Shown: in pieces, positions 26,290 through 36,178 of the stretch
Layout: each line of letters starts with the position of its first letter
Position numbering within the stretch: the stretch's first letter is position 1
Source of the DNA: Oscillospiraceae bacterium
GTDB taxonomy: Bacteria; Bacillota; Clostridia; Saccharofermentanales; UBA5734
Assembly (NCBI GenBank): GCA_012521915.1
Contig: JAAYLM010000001.1
Coordinates: forward strand, 1 to 39,384
Length of the DNA stretch: 39,384 nt
Reading direction: 5' to 3'
The notes under the pieces: generated by a model
What the model was told of the DNA's origin: nothing
What the model saw: the letters and a program-made list of their open reading frames with translations, nothing else
Database searches by the model: none
Translations under genes and position numbers: made by a program

Positions 26290-28037
26290 GTCGGCGCTCC
26301 TGCCAGAAAAACGCTGATCCCTGCTTCCACGACTTGGCGCAGCCGGACCAGTTGCGCCTCAGATTGCTCACGTTCCGGCGCGTAGCAGCCAAAATAGATT
26401 TTGATCTTGGGCTCTGTGCCGGATGGGCGGATGCAAAACCAGTTCAGCCCATCAAGGTCATACAGAAGGACATCGGATACCGGCAGATCGAGTGGTGATG
26501 TCTGACCGCTGCTGATATCCAGACGCTGTCGCGTCAAATAGTCGTTGACAGCCTGGATGGCCAGGCCGGGGAAAGCCTTCGCCCCTGCGGCCCTTAGCTG
26601 CAGCATGCCTGCTGCGATCCGATCCAGGCCTTCTTTCCCTTCCATGGTTATGGACAAGGTCTGTTCCGCCGCATGGCCGAAACGCCTGTAGATGTCTTGC
26701 AGCAGGTCATAGAGCGTCAGCCCTTTCTCCCGGGCGACCGCAGCCATTTCCGCGATAAGCATGCTGGTCACCACAGCGTCTTTGTCACGAACCTCCGTAC
26801 CGGCCAGGTAGCCATAGCTCTCCTCGAAGCCGAACAGGTAATGCATGTCGCCATACTCGTCTTTTTCTTTGATCAGCTCGCCGATGTATTTGAAGCCAGT
26901 GAGGCATTCAAAGAGCGTCACCCCATAATGGGCGGCGATCCTGCGTGTCAGCCGGGTCGAAACGATGGTGGTGACAACAAAGGGATTGGTTGGCATCGTG
27001 CCGCGATCACGCCGGGCTGACAGGATATAGTCCGTCAGCAGCAGGCCGATCTGGTTGCCGCTGAGGACAACAAAGGACCCATCCTGACGACGCACACTAA
27101 GGCCAGTCCGATCGGCATCCGGATCAGTTGCAATCACCAGTTCGGCCTCTTTTTCTTCAGCCAGGGCAATCGCCAGGCTCAAGGCTTCCCGCTCTTCAGG
27201 GTTGGGCATGGCCACCGTCGGGAAATCCGGATCGGGTGCCTCCTGTTCCGGCACGACCAGGACCTGCCTGAAGCCTAGTTTTTTCAGGATGCGCCGCACA
27301 GTCAGGTTGCCGGCGCCATGAAGGGGCGTGTAGATGATTTTCAAATCCGCCTGGCGCTGTACCGCTTCCGGATTAACCGACAAGCCCAACAACATCGTGT
27401 CATAGGCTCGGTCGAGCCCGGACCCGATCATCTGCAGCAAGCCGGTGGCCGCAGCAGCTGCTTCATCAGGCCAGTTCAGGTTGGTCAAGTCCTGAATTTC
27501 ATCCATGTACCGTGACACGGCATCCGCGTCTTCCGGAGGCAGCTGGCTGCCGTCCGCGCCATAAGCCTTGAAGCCATTGTATCGGGCCGGATTGTGGCTG
27601 GCCGTGATCATAACCCCGCAGGAAGCACCATAGTGACGGACAGCAAAGGAAAGCAGGGGGACCGGCCGCAAGGCGTCAAAAAGACGTACCCGGATGCCAT
27701 AGCCCACAAAAACCTGGGCGGTCAGTCTGGCGAACTGCGCTGAGCAGCACCGTGAATCATAAGAAATGACCAGGCCGCGCCGGCAGGCCTCCGCGCCCTG
27801 AGCAGCGATAAAGCGGGCAAACCCATCGGCAGCACGGGCAACCGTATAAAGGTTCATGCGGTTGGTGCCGGCACCCAGCACCCCGCGCAGACCGGCAGTA
27901 CCGAAAGCCAGATCACGATAAAAGCGATCTTCTATCTCTGCCGGCTGGTCCGCGACCGATTGAAGCTCAGCGCGGACGTCAGCTGAAAAATAGGGGTGTT
28001 GTGACCATTGTTTATATAAATCTCCAACTCGTGACAT
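26286..28037 (-). CDS. Phospho-sugar mutase (alpha-phosphoglucomutase / phosphomannomutase family)
   Basis: The active-site loop TASHNPARYNGFK, the metal-binding DPDADR motif and the sugar-binding GFEESYG motif are present. Start set at MSRVGDLY (ATG 28037) with AGGAGG upstream. Confidence 0.88.
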   Translation of the reverse strand: MSRVGDLYKQWSQHPYFSADVRAELQSVADQPAEIEDRFYRDLAFGTAGLRGVLGAGTNRMNLYTVARAADGFARFIAAQGAEACRRGLVISYDSRCCSAQFARLTAQVFVGYGIRVRLFDALRPVPLLSFAVRHYGASCGVMITASHNPARYNGFKAYGADGSQLPPEDADAVSRYMDEIQDLTNLNWPDEAAAAATGLLQMIGSGLDRAYDTMLLGLSVNPEAVQRQADLKIIYTPLHGAGNLTVRRILKKLGFRQVLVVPEQEAPDPDFPTVAMPNPEEREALSLAIALAEEKEAELVIATDPDADRTGLSVRRQDGSFVVLSGNQIGLLLTDYILSARRDRGTMPTNPFVVTTIVSTRLTRRIAAHYGVTLFECLTGFKYIGELIKEKDEYGDMHYLFGFEESYGYLAGTEVRDKDAVVTSMLIAEMAAVAREKGLTLYDLLQDIYRRFGHAAEQTLSITMEGKEGLDRIAAGMLQLRAAGAKAFPGLAIQAVNDYLTRQRLDISSGQTSPLDLPVSDVLLYDLDGLNWFCIRPSGTEPKIKIYFGCYAPEREQSEAQLVRLRQVVEAGISVFLAGAPT

Positions 28038-28127
28038 GCGACGCCTCCTGTTACGCGTTAACGCGCTCCTGATTCGATTATAGCAGATTATGGAAAACCG
28101 GCGCATGCACGTATCAGGAAACACATC

Positions 28128-30171
28128 TCAAGAGGGCGGTTTCTGCTCATCCTCAGGAATTGATTTAAGCCGGCCGCGCACCACCACCAGAAGGTCACGC
28201 AACCGGGCCGCGTCTTCGAAAGCAAGCTTGCGTGCTGCGTCGCGCATGTCTTTTTCCATATGTGACGCCAGTTTTTCCAGCTCCGGACGACTGAGCACCT
28301 CGATGCGGTTGTCCAGCAGGTTGTCCAGCAGAGCGTCAGCCGACTTTTCATCCATACCGGTTTCGGCCGCGACATCAATAACCGTGTCAATCACGTCACG
28401 TACATCTTTGGTCACGCTGACCGGTGTGATATGGTTGGCTTCATTGTAGGCCTGCTGGATTTCACGGCGCCGGTTGGTTTCCTGGACAGCCATATGCATG
28501 GAATCTGTGACCTCATCAGCGTACATGACGACCTGTCCGTTGATGTTGCGGGCTGCACGGCCGATGATCTGGATCAAGGAAGTCGTCGAGCGTAAAAAGC
28601 CTTCTTTATCGGCATCGAGAATGGCGATCAGGGAGACCTCCGGCAGGTCGAGCCCTTCCCGCAGCAGGTTAATGCCGATCAGCACGTCAAAATCGCCCCG
28701 GCGCAGCGAACGCAGTATTTTCATCTTCCACGGTGGCAATGTCCGAATGCAGGTACTGGACACGCATCCCTTCCTCCTGGAAAAAAGCCGTCAGGTTCTC
28801 CGCCATTTTCTTGGTTAACGTTAAAACCAGGGAACGCTCTCCACGCCGCGTGGCGGCAGCTGTTTCCGCGAGCAGGTCCTCGATCTGCCCGTCAACAGAA
28901 CGGATGGAAATCTGCGGATCGATCAGGCCGGTCGGTCGGATGATCTGCTCCACAACCTGGCCGGTATGTGCCCCCTCATATTTACCCGGTGTCGCGCTGA
29001 CAAAGACCGTCTGGCCCATGCGCTGTTCAAATTCGCTGAAGTTGAGGGGCCGGTTGTCGAAAGCTGAAGGCAGGCGGAAGCCATAGCTGACCAGGGATTC
29101 TTTTCGTGAGCGGTCGCCATGATACATCGCGCCGATTTGCGGTACGGTGACATGCGACTCATCGATCATCAACAGATAATCATCCGGGAAAAAATCGATC
29201 AGGGTGTAGGGCGGGGTGCCCGGTGCACGGTTGGTGAGGTGGCGCGAGTAGTTTTCAATCCCCTTGCAGAAACCGGTCTCTCTCATCATTTCCAGATCGT
29301 AGCGCGTACGCTGCTCCAGGCGGTAAGCCTCAACCAGCTGGTTACGGCTGCGCAGCAAGGCCAGCCGCTCTTCAAGCTCCGCCTCGATGCTGACGAGGGC
29401 CTGCTTCATGCGCATTTCGGTGGTGGCATAATGGCTGGCCGGAAAGATGGAGACATAGGATCTGGCGCTGCGTACCTTGCCGGTCAGCCGCTCGATCTCT
29501 GTGATTTTCTCAATCTCATCACCAAAAAAAGAGATGCGGGTCACCAGCTCGTCCGCGGCCGACGGGCAGATATCAATGGTATCGCCACGTACACGGAAGC
29601 TGCCCCGGCGCAATTCAAAATCATTGCGGTTATATTGGATGTTGATCAATTCACGGATAACCGCGTCGCGGTCTTTGCGCATGCCAGGACGCAGGTGGAC
29701 CATCAGCTCACGATAATCTTCAGGATCACCCAGTCCGTAAATGCAGGATACCGACGCGACAACGATCACATCACGCCGCTCCAGCAATGAAGCGGTGGCG
29801 GAATGACGCAAACGATCGATTTCATCGTTGATCGACGAATCTTTCTCAATGTAGGTGTCCGTCGCCGCTATGTAGGCCTCTGGCTGGTAGTAGTCGTAAT
29901 AGGAAACAAAATACTCCACGGCGTTATTCGGGAAAAATGCTTTGAACTCAGCGGCCAGCTGGGCTGCCAGTGTCTTGTTGTGGGCGATCACAAGCGTCGG
30001 ACGCTGCACCTGCTCAATCACTTGGGCCATGGTGTAGGTCTTGCCAGAGCCGGTCACACCCAGCAGGGTCTGGGCGGCCAGGCCGTCCTGCAAACCTTGC
30101 ACCAGCTCAGCGATAGCCCTCGGCTGGTCGCCGCGCGGGCGCATATCCGAATGGATACGAAAGGCAGTCAT
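28128..30171 (-). pseudogene. uvrB: Excinuclease ABC subunit B, reading frame interrupted by a frameshift near 28735
   Basis: The N-terminal ORF (28687..30171 from [14 protein letters not shown] upstream) carries GVTGSGKT and DESH and ends ...[10 protein letters not shown]+[12 protein letters not shown]. The second ORF (28128..28763) continues in another frame with [46 protein letters not shown] through to the C-terminal UVR domain. Joined together the two parts give a normal UvrB of about 670 aa. Confidence 0.85.
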
Positions 30172-30254
30172 CTCTGCTCCTCCGGCAACTACTGCGCATA
30201 TTCTGCGCTGTACCGGCTGGTGACAGCCGGCAGCGGCGGTTGGAAACAAACACC

Positions 30255-30283
30255 AGTATAGCACAGGCCTGCCGGTGCGTTAA
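30255..30283 (-). promoter_or_regulatory. Candidate uvrB promoter (TTAACG-17-TATACT)
   Basis: The minus sense reads TTAACGcaccggcaggcctgtgcTATACTgg, leaving a 5' leader of about 77 nt that contains small hairpins. Confidence 0.4.
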
Positions 30284-30429
30284 GCCATCCCTCCTGTTGG
30301 CAGAAGACAAATCCGACTGGCCTGTTTTGCTTGCCCTGCCTCAAACCGTTCTATCCGGCAACAGCAAAAAGGCAGCCGGCTGACAGGAAATCGGGCAGAA
30401 AAGCATCGTAAAAGGACACGGTGTCTGCG

Positions 30430-30458
30430 TTGCCCGTCGCCGGAAAAGGGTTTATAAT
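30430..30458 (+). promoter_or_regulatory. Candidate ilvE promoter (TTGCCC-17-TATAAT)
   Basis: The plus strand reads TTGCCCgtcgccggaaaagggttTATAATac, about 58 nt upstream of the ilvE ATG. AAGGAGG Shine-Dalgarno lies at 30503..30509. Confidence 0.5.
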
Positions 30459-30515
30459 ACGGTTTAATTCAACAGCATCGCGCGACGATAAGCCCAAAAG
30501 GCAAGGAGGCATCCC

Positions 30516-31586
30516 ATGTATCAGACCATATCAGTTACCCGCAACCCCAACCCGGCCATCAAACCGGCCGCAGACGCCAAACTGGGCTTTGGCCAGATTT
30601 TCACAGATCATATGTTCACCATGGACTATGTGGAAGGCAAAGGCTGGATAGAACCCCGGATCGTGCCTTATGCCCCGATCTGCCTAGATCCCTCTGCCAT
30701 GGTCTTCCATTACGGGCAGGCTATTTTTGAAGGCCTGAAAGCCTATCGCCAACCCGACGGCTCAGTCGCGCTATTCCGGCCAAGGCTTAATTTTGAGCGT
30801 GTTAACCAGTCAAACGCCCGCATGGTCATCCCGCAGGTTGATCCGGATTTCTGTGTTCATGCCCTGAAGACACTGCTTCGCCTTGAAGCGGACTGGGTGC
30901 CTTCCGCACCAGGCACTTCCCTTTATATCCGGCCTTTCATCATCGCGACCGACCCCTGTCTGGGTGTCCGGCCGGCACATACCTACAAATTTTTGATTAT
31001 CCTTTCACCATCCGGCGTCTATTATCCCAAAGGAATCGACCCGGTCGACATCTATGTTGAAAATGAATATGTACGCGCAGTCAAAGGGGGAACAGGGTTC
31101 GCGAAAACACCCGGCAACTACGCGGCCAGCCTGATTTCCCAGGCCAAAGCTTACGCGGCCGGTTTTGTCCAGGTGCTCTGGCTGGACGGGGTGCATCGCC
31201 GTTACATCGAAGAAGTCGGTTCCATGAATGTCTTTTTCGTGATTGACGGGATTGTGGTGACCCCGCGCCTCAACGGCAGCATCCTGCCTGGCATCACCCG
31301 CAGAACCGTACTGGAACTGGCAGCCACCCTGGGTTATCAGACAGAGGAACGCCAGCTGGACATCAATGAGCTCTGGGCGGATGCCAAAGCCGGCAAAGTC
31401 AGCGAGGTCTTCGGTTCGGGAACTGCCGCCGTCATCTCCCCTGTGGGCAAATTGAAATACGGTGATGACAGCATTACCTTCAACAACGGAGCGATCGGCC
31501 AACTCAGCCAGCTGTTTTATGACACCATTACAGGGGTTCAGTTCGGACGCCAGCCTGATAAGCTCGGCTGGATGGAAAAAATCTGA
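30516..31586 (+). CDS. ilvE: Branched-chain amino acid aminotransferase
   Basis: 356 aa, fold-type IV PLP enzyme. FGQIFTDHMF is present, and the catalytic Lys context is GGTGFAKTPGNYAASL. Confidence 0.9.
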   Translation: MYQTISVTRNPNPAIKPAADAKLGFGQIFTDHMFTMDYVEGKGWIEPRIVPYAPICLDPSAMVFHYGQAIFEGLKAYRQPDGSVALFRPRLNFERVNQSNARMVIPQVDPDFCVHALKTLLRLEADWVPSAPGTSLYIRPFIIATDPCLGVRPAHTYKFLIILSPSGVYYPKGIDPVDIYVENEYVRAVKGGTGFAKTPGNYAASLISQAKAYAAGFVQVLWLDGVHRRYIEEVGSMNVFFVIDGIVVTPRLNGSILPGITRRTVLELAATLGYQTEERQLDINELWADAKAGKVSEVFGSGTAAVISPVGKLKYGDDSITFNNGAIGQLSQLFYDTITGVQFGRQPDKLGWMEKI

Positions 31587-31612
31587 CCGGGTGGCCCCAG
31601 GCCGTCCGGTCA
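31584..31612. terminator. Hairpin between convergent ilvE and the coiled-coil gene
   Basis: TGACCGG...CCGGTCA, a 7-bp outer stem with an inner GGCC/GGCC pairing, whose arms contain both stop codons. In the minus-strand sense it is followed by GATTTTTTCC. No clear U-tract exists for the plus strand. Confidence 0.5.
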
Positions 31613-32080
31613 GCGCAGTTCTTTCAGGTTTTTCTGGATCATCACCAGCATGCCGGTCAGTTGCTCGTCCAGATCAGCCAGACGTTTCCGGGCATACTCA
31701 ATGGCCCCGTTCCTGATCTGGCGGGCAGACTGGTTGGCAGCCTCAATCGTCTGGCCGGCCTGTTGCCGGGCTTTGACGGTAATCTCATGTTCATCGATCA
31801 TCGCCGTCATCCGTGACTCTGCTTCACGGATCATGTTTTCCGCTTCTTTGCGGGCTTCGGCGATCAGTTGGCGATTCTGCTCCAGCAGCCAGCGGGCCTG
31901 TTTGAGTTCAGCCGGCAGGTTATCGCGCAGCATGCTGACCAGAACCATCATTTCTTCACGGTCCACCATGCAGTTGCTCGAGAAAGGCACCGACCGGGCG
32001 CTGGCAATAGCCTGTTCCAGGTGATTCAGCAATTCAGCCGTGTTTTGCTCCTGCTCTCTTGATGTATTTTGCTCGTACAT
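31610..32080 (-). CDS. Coiled-coil protein of unknown function (ATP-synthase b / V-ATPase subunit-H-like heptad pattern)
   Basis: 156 aa, rich in charged residues and Gln, with a predicted continuous helix (…QARWLLEQNRQLIAEARKEAENMIREAESRM…). It sits directly after coaD. No catalytic motif is present. Confidence 0.55.
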   Translation of the reverse strand: MYEQNTSREQEQNTAELLNHLEQAIASARSVPFSSNCMVDREEMMVLVSMLRDNLPAELKQARWLLEQNRQLIAEARKEAENMIREAESRMTAMIDEHEITVKARQQAGQTIEAANQSARQIRNGAIEYARKRLADLDEQLTGMLVMIQKNLKELR

Positions 32081-32089
32081 GCCGTGCTG

Positions 32090-32599
32090 TCATCCTCCGT
32101 TTTCTGACGGGTTATTCCTGGTCTTGCTGAAACATTCCCGGATCCGGGGCACCAGCTCAGCAGGTACCATTCCAGTGAAATCGCCGCCATATGAAGCAAC
32201 CTCACGGACAATCGATGAACTTAAAAAAGCCAGATCAGCGCGACAGGGCAGCAGACAGGTCTCGAAATCAGGCAGCATGATCTGGTTGGCAGCGGCCATC
32301 TGGGCTTCAAACTGAAAATCTGCAGCACTGCGCAGCCCGCGCACAACGGCGCTGGCCTGCATTTGCTGATAAAGATCCACAAGCAGGCCGCTGAAAGCAA
32401 CGACCGTGATATTATCCGCGTCCTGCAGCACACACCTGACCATATCGGCCCGCTCAGACGCGGGGAAAACAGTCTTTTTACTGCTGTTATTCAAAACAGC
32501 GATAACAAGATGGTCGCAGAGCGCAGCAGCCCGGCGTGCGATATCAACATGCCCGTTGGTCAGGGGGTCGAAGGTCCCCGGATAGATCATCGTACGCAC
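32090..32599 (-). CDS. coaD: Phosphopantetheine adenylyltransferase
   Basis: YPGTFDPLTNGHVDI (T/HxGH nucleotidyltransferase motif) and SSSIVRE near the C-terminus. The start is either the GTG at 32599 or the ATG at 32590. Confidence 0.92.
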   Translation of the reverse strand: MRTMIYPGTFDPLTNGHVDIARRAAALCDHLVIAVLNNSSKKTVFPASERADMVRCVLQDADNITVVAFSGLLVDLYQQMQASAVVRGLRSAADFQFEAQMAAANQIMLPDFETCLLPCRADLAFLSSSIVREVASYGGDFTGMVPAELVPRIRECFSKTRNNPSENGG

Positions 32600-32654
32600 C
32601 GGCGCACCGCCTTTCTTTGCTTACCGGTATCCGTCAGCACCCGGAAAAGCAGTG

Positions 32655-33236
32655 TCAGACAACCCCGGCAGCGTGTGCCGTCGCCATCTTCTGATAAAAT
32701 GATAGCATCGCTGTCCCATACTGACAACATCGTTCTAGTTGCAAATAGGTTACATTTGCCGGTGATGCCGTAACAGCATCGTGTTCCAGAATCAGACGTC
32801 CGTCCGGAGTCAGCAAATCGGCCAGTGGACCGGCCAGGCGGCTTAATGTCTGCAAGGCCTCCCTGTATGGCGGATCAGCAAAAATAAGGGAGAATGACCG
32901 GCCTTCCCGACGCAGGGCATCCAGAGCAGGCCCAACCGGCCGCTGCAGCAGGCAAACCGAGGCGGACAGGTGTGTTTTTTCAATATTTTCCCGGATCACG
33001 CGACAGCCGTCGCGGTTTTTTTCCACCAGGACGACCGGGTCGGCGCCCCGTGATGCCGCTTCCAGTCCGATCTGTCCAGTTCCCGCGTAAAGGTCCAGAA
33101 ATCCCTGTGGCGGCCAGCGGGACATCAGCATGGAAAAAAGGGCTTCTTTAACCCGGTCGGCTGTAGGTCTGGTTTCCAGGCCCCGTACAGATGATAGATG
33201 AATCCCACCGGCTGAACCGGAAATGACACGTGGCAT
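32655..33236 (-). CDS. rsmD: 16S rRNA (guanine966-N2)-methyltransferase
   Basis: 193 aa with RVISGSAGG...RPTADRVKEALFSML at the N-terminus, DLYAGTGQIGLEA (SAM binding) and FADPPY. This is the conserved recG-rsmD-coaD order. Confidence 0.9.
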   Translation of the reverse strand: MPRVISGSAGGIHLSSVRGLETRPTADRVKEALFSMLMSRWPPQGFLDLYAGTGQIGLEAASRGADPVVLVEKNRDGCRVIRENIEKTHLSASVCLLQRPVGPALDALRREGRSFSLIFADPPYREALQTLSRLAGPLADLLTPDGRLILEHDAVTASPANVTYLQLERCCQYGTAMLSFYQKMATAHAAGVV

Positions 33237-33251
33237 TTTGCCCCTCCCCGC

Positions 33252-35432
33252 TTATAAGCCAATATCTGAAAATTCAGTCGGATACCGGTCCATGATCATG
33301 CGGCACATGCGTCGGTGAGCCGGTTGTTGCAGATCAGGATCATCCTGCATGATTGTCTCCAGCGCCTCCTGCACTTCCTGCATAAGCGCCCGGTCGCGAT
33401 ACAGGTTGGCCATCCGCAGAGGCGGCAGGCCATGTTGCCGGGTACCAAAAAAATCTCCAGGTCCCCGCAACTGCAAATCCTGCTCAGCGACCGCGAAACC
33501 GTCGGAAGCATGGCATATCGCCCGCAGGCGCTGACGGGCCATCTCGTCGTCGCTGTCACTGATCAAAACACACAGGGAGCGATACGGTCCGCGCCCGATG
33601 CGGCCGCGCAGCTGGTGCAGCTGAGCCAGGCCGAAGCGCTCGCTGTTCTCAATCACCATGAACGCTGCATTGGGGTTGTCGACACCAACCTCGATCACGG
33701 TTGTGCTGACCAGGATCTGTATCTTGCCCTGATAAAAATCACGCATTACGGTTTCTTTAGCCGCAGCAGCCAGCGCGCCATGCAGCAGTCCGACACACAG
33801 GTCGGGAAAAACCTGCTGTGCCAGGCGGTTATACGTTGCCACAACCGACTCCAGATCAAGGTCTTCTTGTTCTTCAATCATGGGGCAGACCACATAAACC
33901 TGACGGCCTTGTGTCACGAAGCGACGCATCAGTTGCTCAATACGTCCGCGGTCGGCGCTGGTCGCCGTGTATGTCTCAATCGGTGTGCGGCCTGGAGGCA
34001 GCTCGTCAATGACCGACAAGTCAAGGTCGCCATACAGGACCAGGGCGAGGGATCTCGGGATGGGCGTCGCCGACATGACCAGCACATGCGGATCAAAACC
34101 ACCCTTTTCATCTGACTGGCCTGTTTCTTTATCCTGCCGGCCCAGTTTACGGCGTTGCCGCACGCCGAAACGATGCTGCTCATCCGTGATGGCCAGGCCA
34201 AGCCGGGCGAAATTGACCGATTCTTCAATCAGTGCGTGTGTACCGACGATCATCTGGATGTCACCAGCTGCCAGGCCAGCCAGGATCTCCCGCCTTACCG
34301 GCTGCCGGGTCGCTCCGGTCAGCAGTTGGGGCGTGAACGGAGTCGAAGCCAGCAGGCCAGTAAGCGTCTGATGGTGCTGGGCAGCCAGTACAGCGGTCGG
34401 TGCCATCAGAACCGCCTGTGCACCCCCCAGGGCACATTGCAGCATGGCCAGAGCCGCCACAACTGTTTTGCCTGAACCGACGTCACCCTGCAGCAAGCGG
34501 CTCATCGGCCGGTTATCGCTGAGATCAAAGCTGATCTCCCGCCAGGCACGTGACTGAGCGGACGTCAGTGTGAACGGCAGCGACGCCAGCATTGCCGCCA
34601 GGGCTTTTTCCGCAGCGGTGTCCAACCGCAGCGGCCAGGCACAGCCATGCTGCCTGCGCCGGCGGCGTAGCAACCACAAACCGGTGCGCAGCAAGAATAA
34701 TTCTTCAAAAGCGATGCGGCGTCTGGCGATCAGTAAATCGCGTTCGTCCGTTGGTTGATGGATGCGGTTGTAGGCAAAATCAACCGCGCACAACCGGTAC
34801 TTGCGCCTGATCCAGTCCGGCAGAGGTTCAGGCAGCGCGCCGGCCAGCTGCTCCAGCACTTTGCCCACGAGGAAACGCAGCATCCCCTGGGTCAGTCCGG
34901 CCGTCAGGCCGTAAACCGGGCGGAAGGCTGGTGCGCTTTCTGCAGAATGATCGGTTTCAAGGGTTTCATATGCCGGATTCTGGACTTGGAAAAGACGGCC
35001 CTGACGCCGGATCTGGCCACGAAAACAGTAACGCGCCCCCACCGTCAGCTTGTCCGCCAGCCATGGCTGATTAAACCAGACTGCGGTGATGGCTTGCGCC
35101 TCATCCTTCAGAACCACTCTGATGACACTCAAGCGGCCACGTCTGCTGATGGTTGGTTTGCGGGCCACCGTGGCCAGGAAAGTCTGTTCTTCGCCATCCT
35201 GCAGCTGGGAAAGCGGGAGCGGATTGGTCCAGTCCTCATAGGCTCTGGGGAAATGGCATAATAAATCAAACCAGGTTTCGATACCAAGTCTGCCCAGCAG
35301 TGCTGCACGCCGGCCGGCTACACCGGGCAGGTCGCGCACAGACCGCAGGCACAGCAGGCGGCCGGCTGCCTGGGTTTTCTCGGACGCTGCGGCTATTGCT
35401 GACTGATCTTGCTGTTTCAGGCCTGTATCCAT
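33252..35432 (-). CDS. recG: ATP-dependent DNA helicase RecG
   Basis: 726 aa with a wedge/OB N-terminal domain, Walker A GDVGSGKT, DEQHRFG and QLHQLRGRIGRG motifs. Confidence 0.92.
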   Translation of the reverse strand: MDTGLKQQDQSAIAAASEKTQAAGRLLCLRSVRDLPGVAGRRAALLGRLGIETWFDLLCHFPRAYEDWTNPLPLSQLQDGEEQTFLATVARKPTISRRGRLSVIRVVLKDEAQAITAVWFNQPWLADKLTVGARYCFRGQIRRQGRLFQVQNPAYETLETDHSAESAPAFRPVYGLTAGLTQGMLRFLVGKVLEQLAGALPEPLPDWIRRKYRLCAVDFAYNRIHQPTDERDLLIARRRIAFEELFLLRTGLWLLRRRRRQHGCAWPLRLDTAAEKALAAMLASLPFTLTSAQSRAWREISFDLSDNRPMSRLLQGDVGSGKTVVAALAMLQCALGGAQAVLMAPTAVLAAQHHQTLTGLLASTPFTPQLLTGATRQPVRREILAGLAAGDIQMIVGTHALIEESVNFARLGLAITDEQHRFGVRQRRKLGRQDKETGQSDEKGGFDPHVLVMSATPIPRSLALVLYGDLDLSVIDELPPGRTPIETYTATSADRGRIEQLMRRFVTQGRQVYVVCPMIEEQEDLDLESVVATYNRLAQQVFPDLCVGLLHGALAAAAKETVMRDFYQGKIQILVSTTVIEVGVDNPNAAFMVIENSERFGLAQLHQLRGRIGRGPYRSLCVLISDSDDEMARQRLRAICHASDGFAVAEQDLQLRGPGDFFGTRQHGLPPLRMANLYRDRALMQEVQEALETIMQDDPDLQQPAHRRMCRMIMDRYPTEFSDIGL

Positions 35433-35494
35433 CGCATGTATCTTTTCTGTCCTGTCTTTTTGGCCGATGCTAACGGCCTGTTATGGACACCGGT

Positions 35495-36178
35495 TCAGGC
35501 ATCGGGCATCTGCGGGGTGTTTCCCGCAGCATAACGGCATGCCGCTGGTGCCAGCGGGCAAGCCTGACAGTCCGGGCGGCGGGCCACACAGCAGGAACGC
35601 CCATGCTCAACCATAAGATGACCATAATCGATCCAGTCGGCAGGATCAAGCACCCGGGCCAGATCGCGTTCCACCCGCAACGGATCTTTTTCGTCCGTCA
35701 GGCCTACCAGCCGGGAAATCCGTGCACAGTGGGTATCCACCACAATGGCGGGAATCGCAAACGCGTCACCCAACAGCAGGTTGGCGATCTTGCGGCCGAC
35801 ACCCGGCAGTGCCTCGAGCGCTTCCCGCCGATCCGGCAGCTGGCCGTCGTGCCTGGCCAGCAGGGCGACGCTGGCTGCTCGAAGATTTTTAGCTTTTGTG
35901 CGAAAAAGGCCGCAGCTGCGGATCAGGTTCTCCAGCTCAGCCGGAGCAGCATCCGCCAGCGCTGCGACATCAGGAAAGCGGTCAAAAAGCGCTGGGGTGA
36001 TCATATTGACCCGGGCATCGGTGCATTGCGCCGAGAGGATAGCAGCCACCAGCAACTGGTAGGGATCGTGATGATCCAAGGTACAGACAGCCATCGGATA
36101 TTGCCTGCGCAACAGGCGCATGACCAATGTGGCCTGAGCCTTCAGTTCTTCAGGATCAACCGGCCAGTCTGGCTTCAT
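35495..36178 (-). CDS. nth: Endonuclease III (DNA glycosylase / AP lyase)
   Basis: HhH-GPD motif LPGVGRKIANLLL with the catalytic Lys, VDTHCARI with the Asp, and the C-terminal [4Fe-4S] cluster loop CVARRPDCQACPLAPAC. Its ATG overlaps the upstream gene stop as ATGA. Confidence 0.9.
   Translation of the reverse strand: MKPDWPVDPEELKAQATLVMRLLRRQYPMAVCTLDHHDPYQLLVAAILSAQCTDARVNMITPALFDRFPDVAALADAAPAELENLIRSCGLFRTKAKNLRAASVALLARHDGQLPDRREALEALPGVGRKIANLLLGDAFAIPAIVVDTHCARISRLVGLTDEKDPLRVERDLARVLDPADWIDYGHLMVEHGRSCCVARRPDCQACPLAPAACRYAAGNTPQMPDA

Noticed and set aside
28038-28124. N-terminal extensions in the ORF track: mutase 28038..28124, OFOR alpha 13378..13452, apgM 16283..16354, uvrB 30172..30264, DUF362 3022..3078, pgsA 21484..21591 and glgA 6540..6614
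   Set aside because: In each case an internal start has a proper GGAGG-type Shine-Dalgarno, matches the family N-terminus, and removes overlap with the upstream gene or promoter. The extensions are artefacts of longest-ORF calling.
30172-30300. LexA (Cheo) box expected upstream of uvrB
   Set aside because: No GAAC-N4-GTTC is present between the candidate promoter and the start codon. Only a GCGCA-N5-TGCGC palindrome (30194..30208) is seen, which matches no LexA consensus I know and may simply be an mRNA hairpin.
30284-30515. Possible T-box, leader peptide or attenuator upstream of ilvE in the largest intergenic region (344 nt)
   Set aside because: I found no T-box consensus (AAnnnGGGTGGTACCGCG-like), no specifier-loop architecture, no Ile/Leu/Val-rich mini-ORF and no terminator hairpin with a U-tract. 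The predicted leader from the TATAAT box is only about 50 nt. An 11-nt palindrome, GACACgGTGTC at 30415..30425 just upstream of the -35, is too short to interpret.
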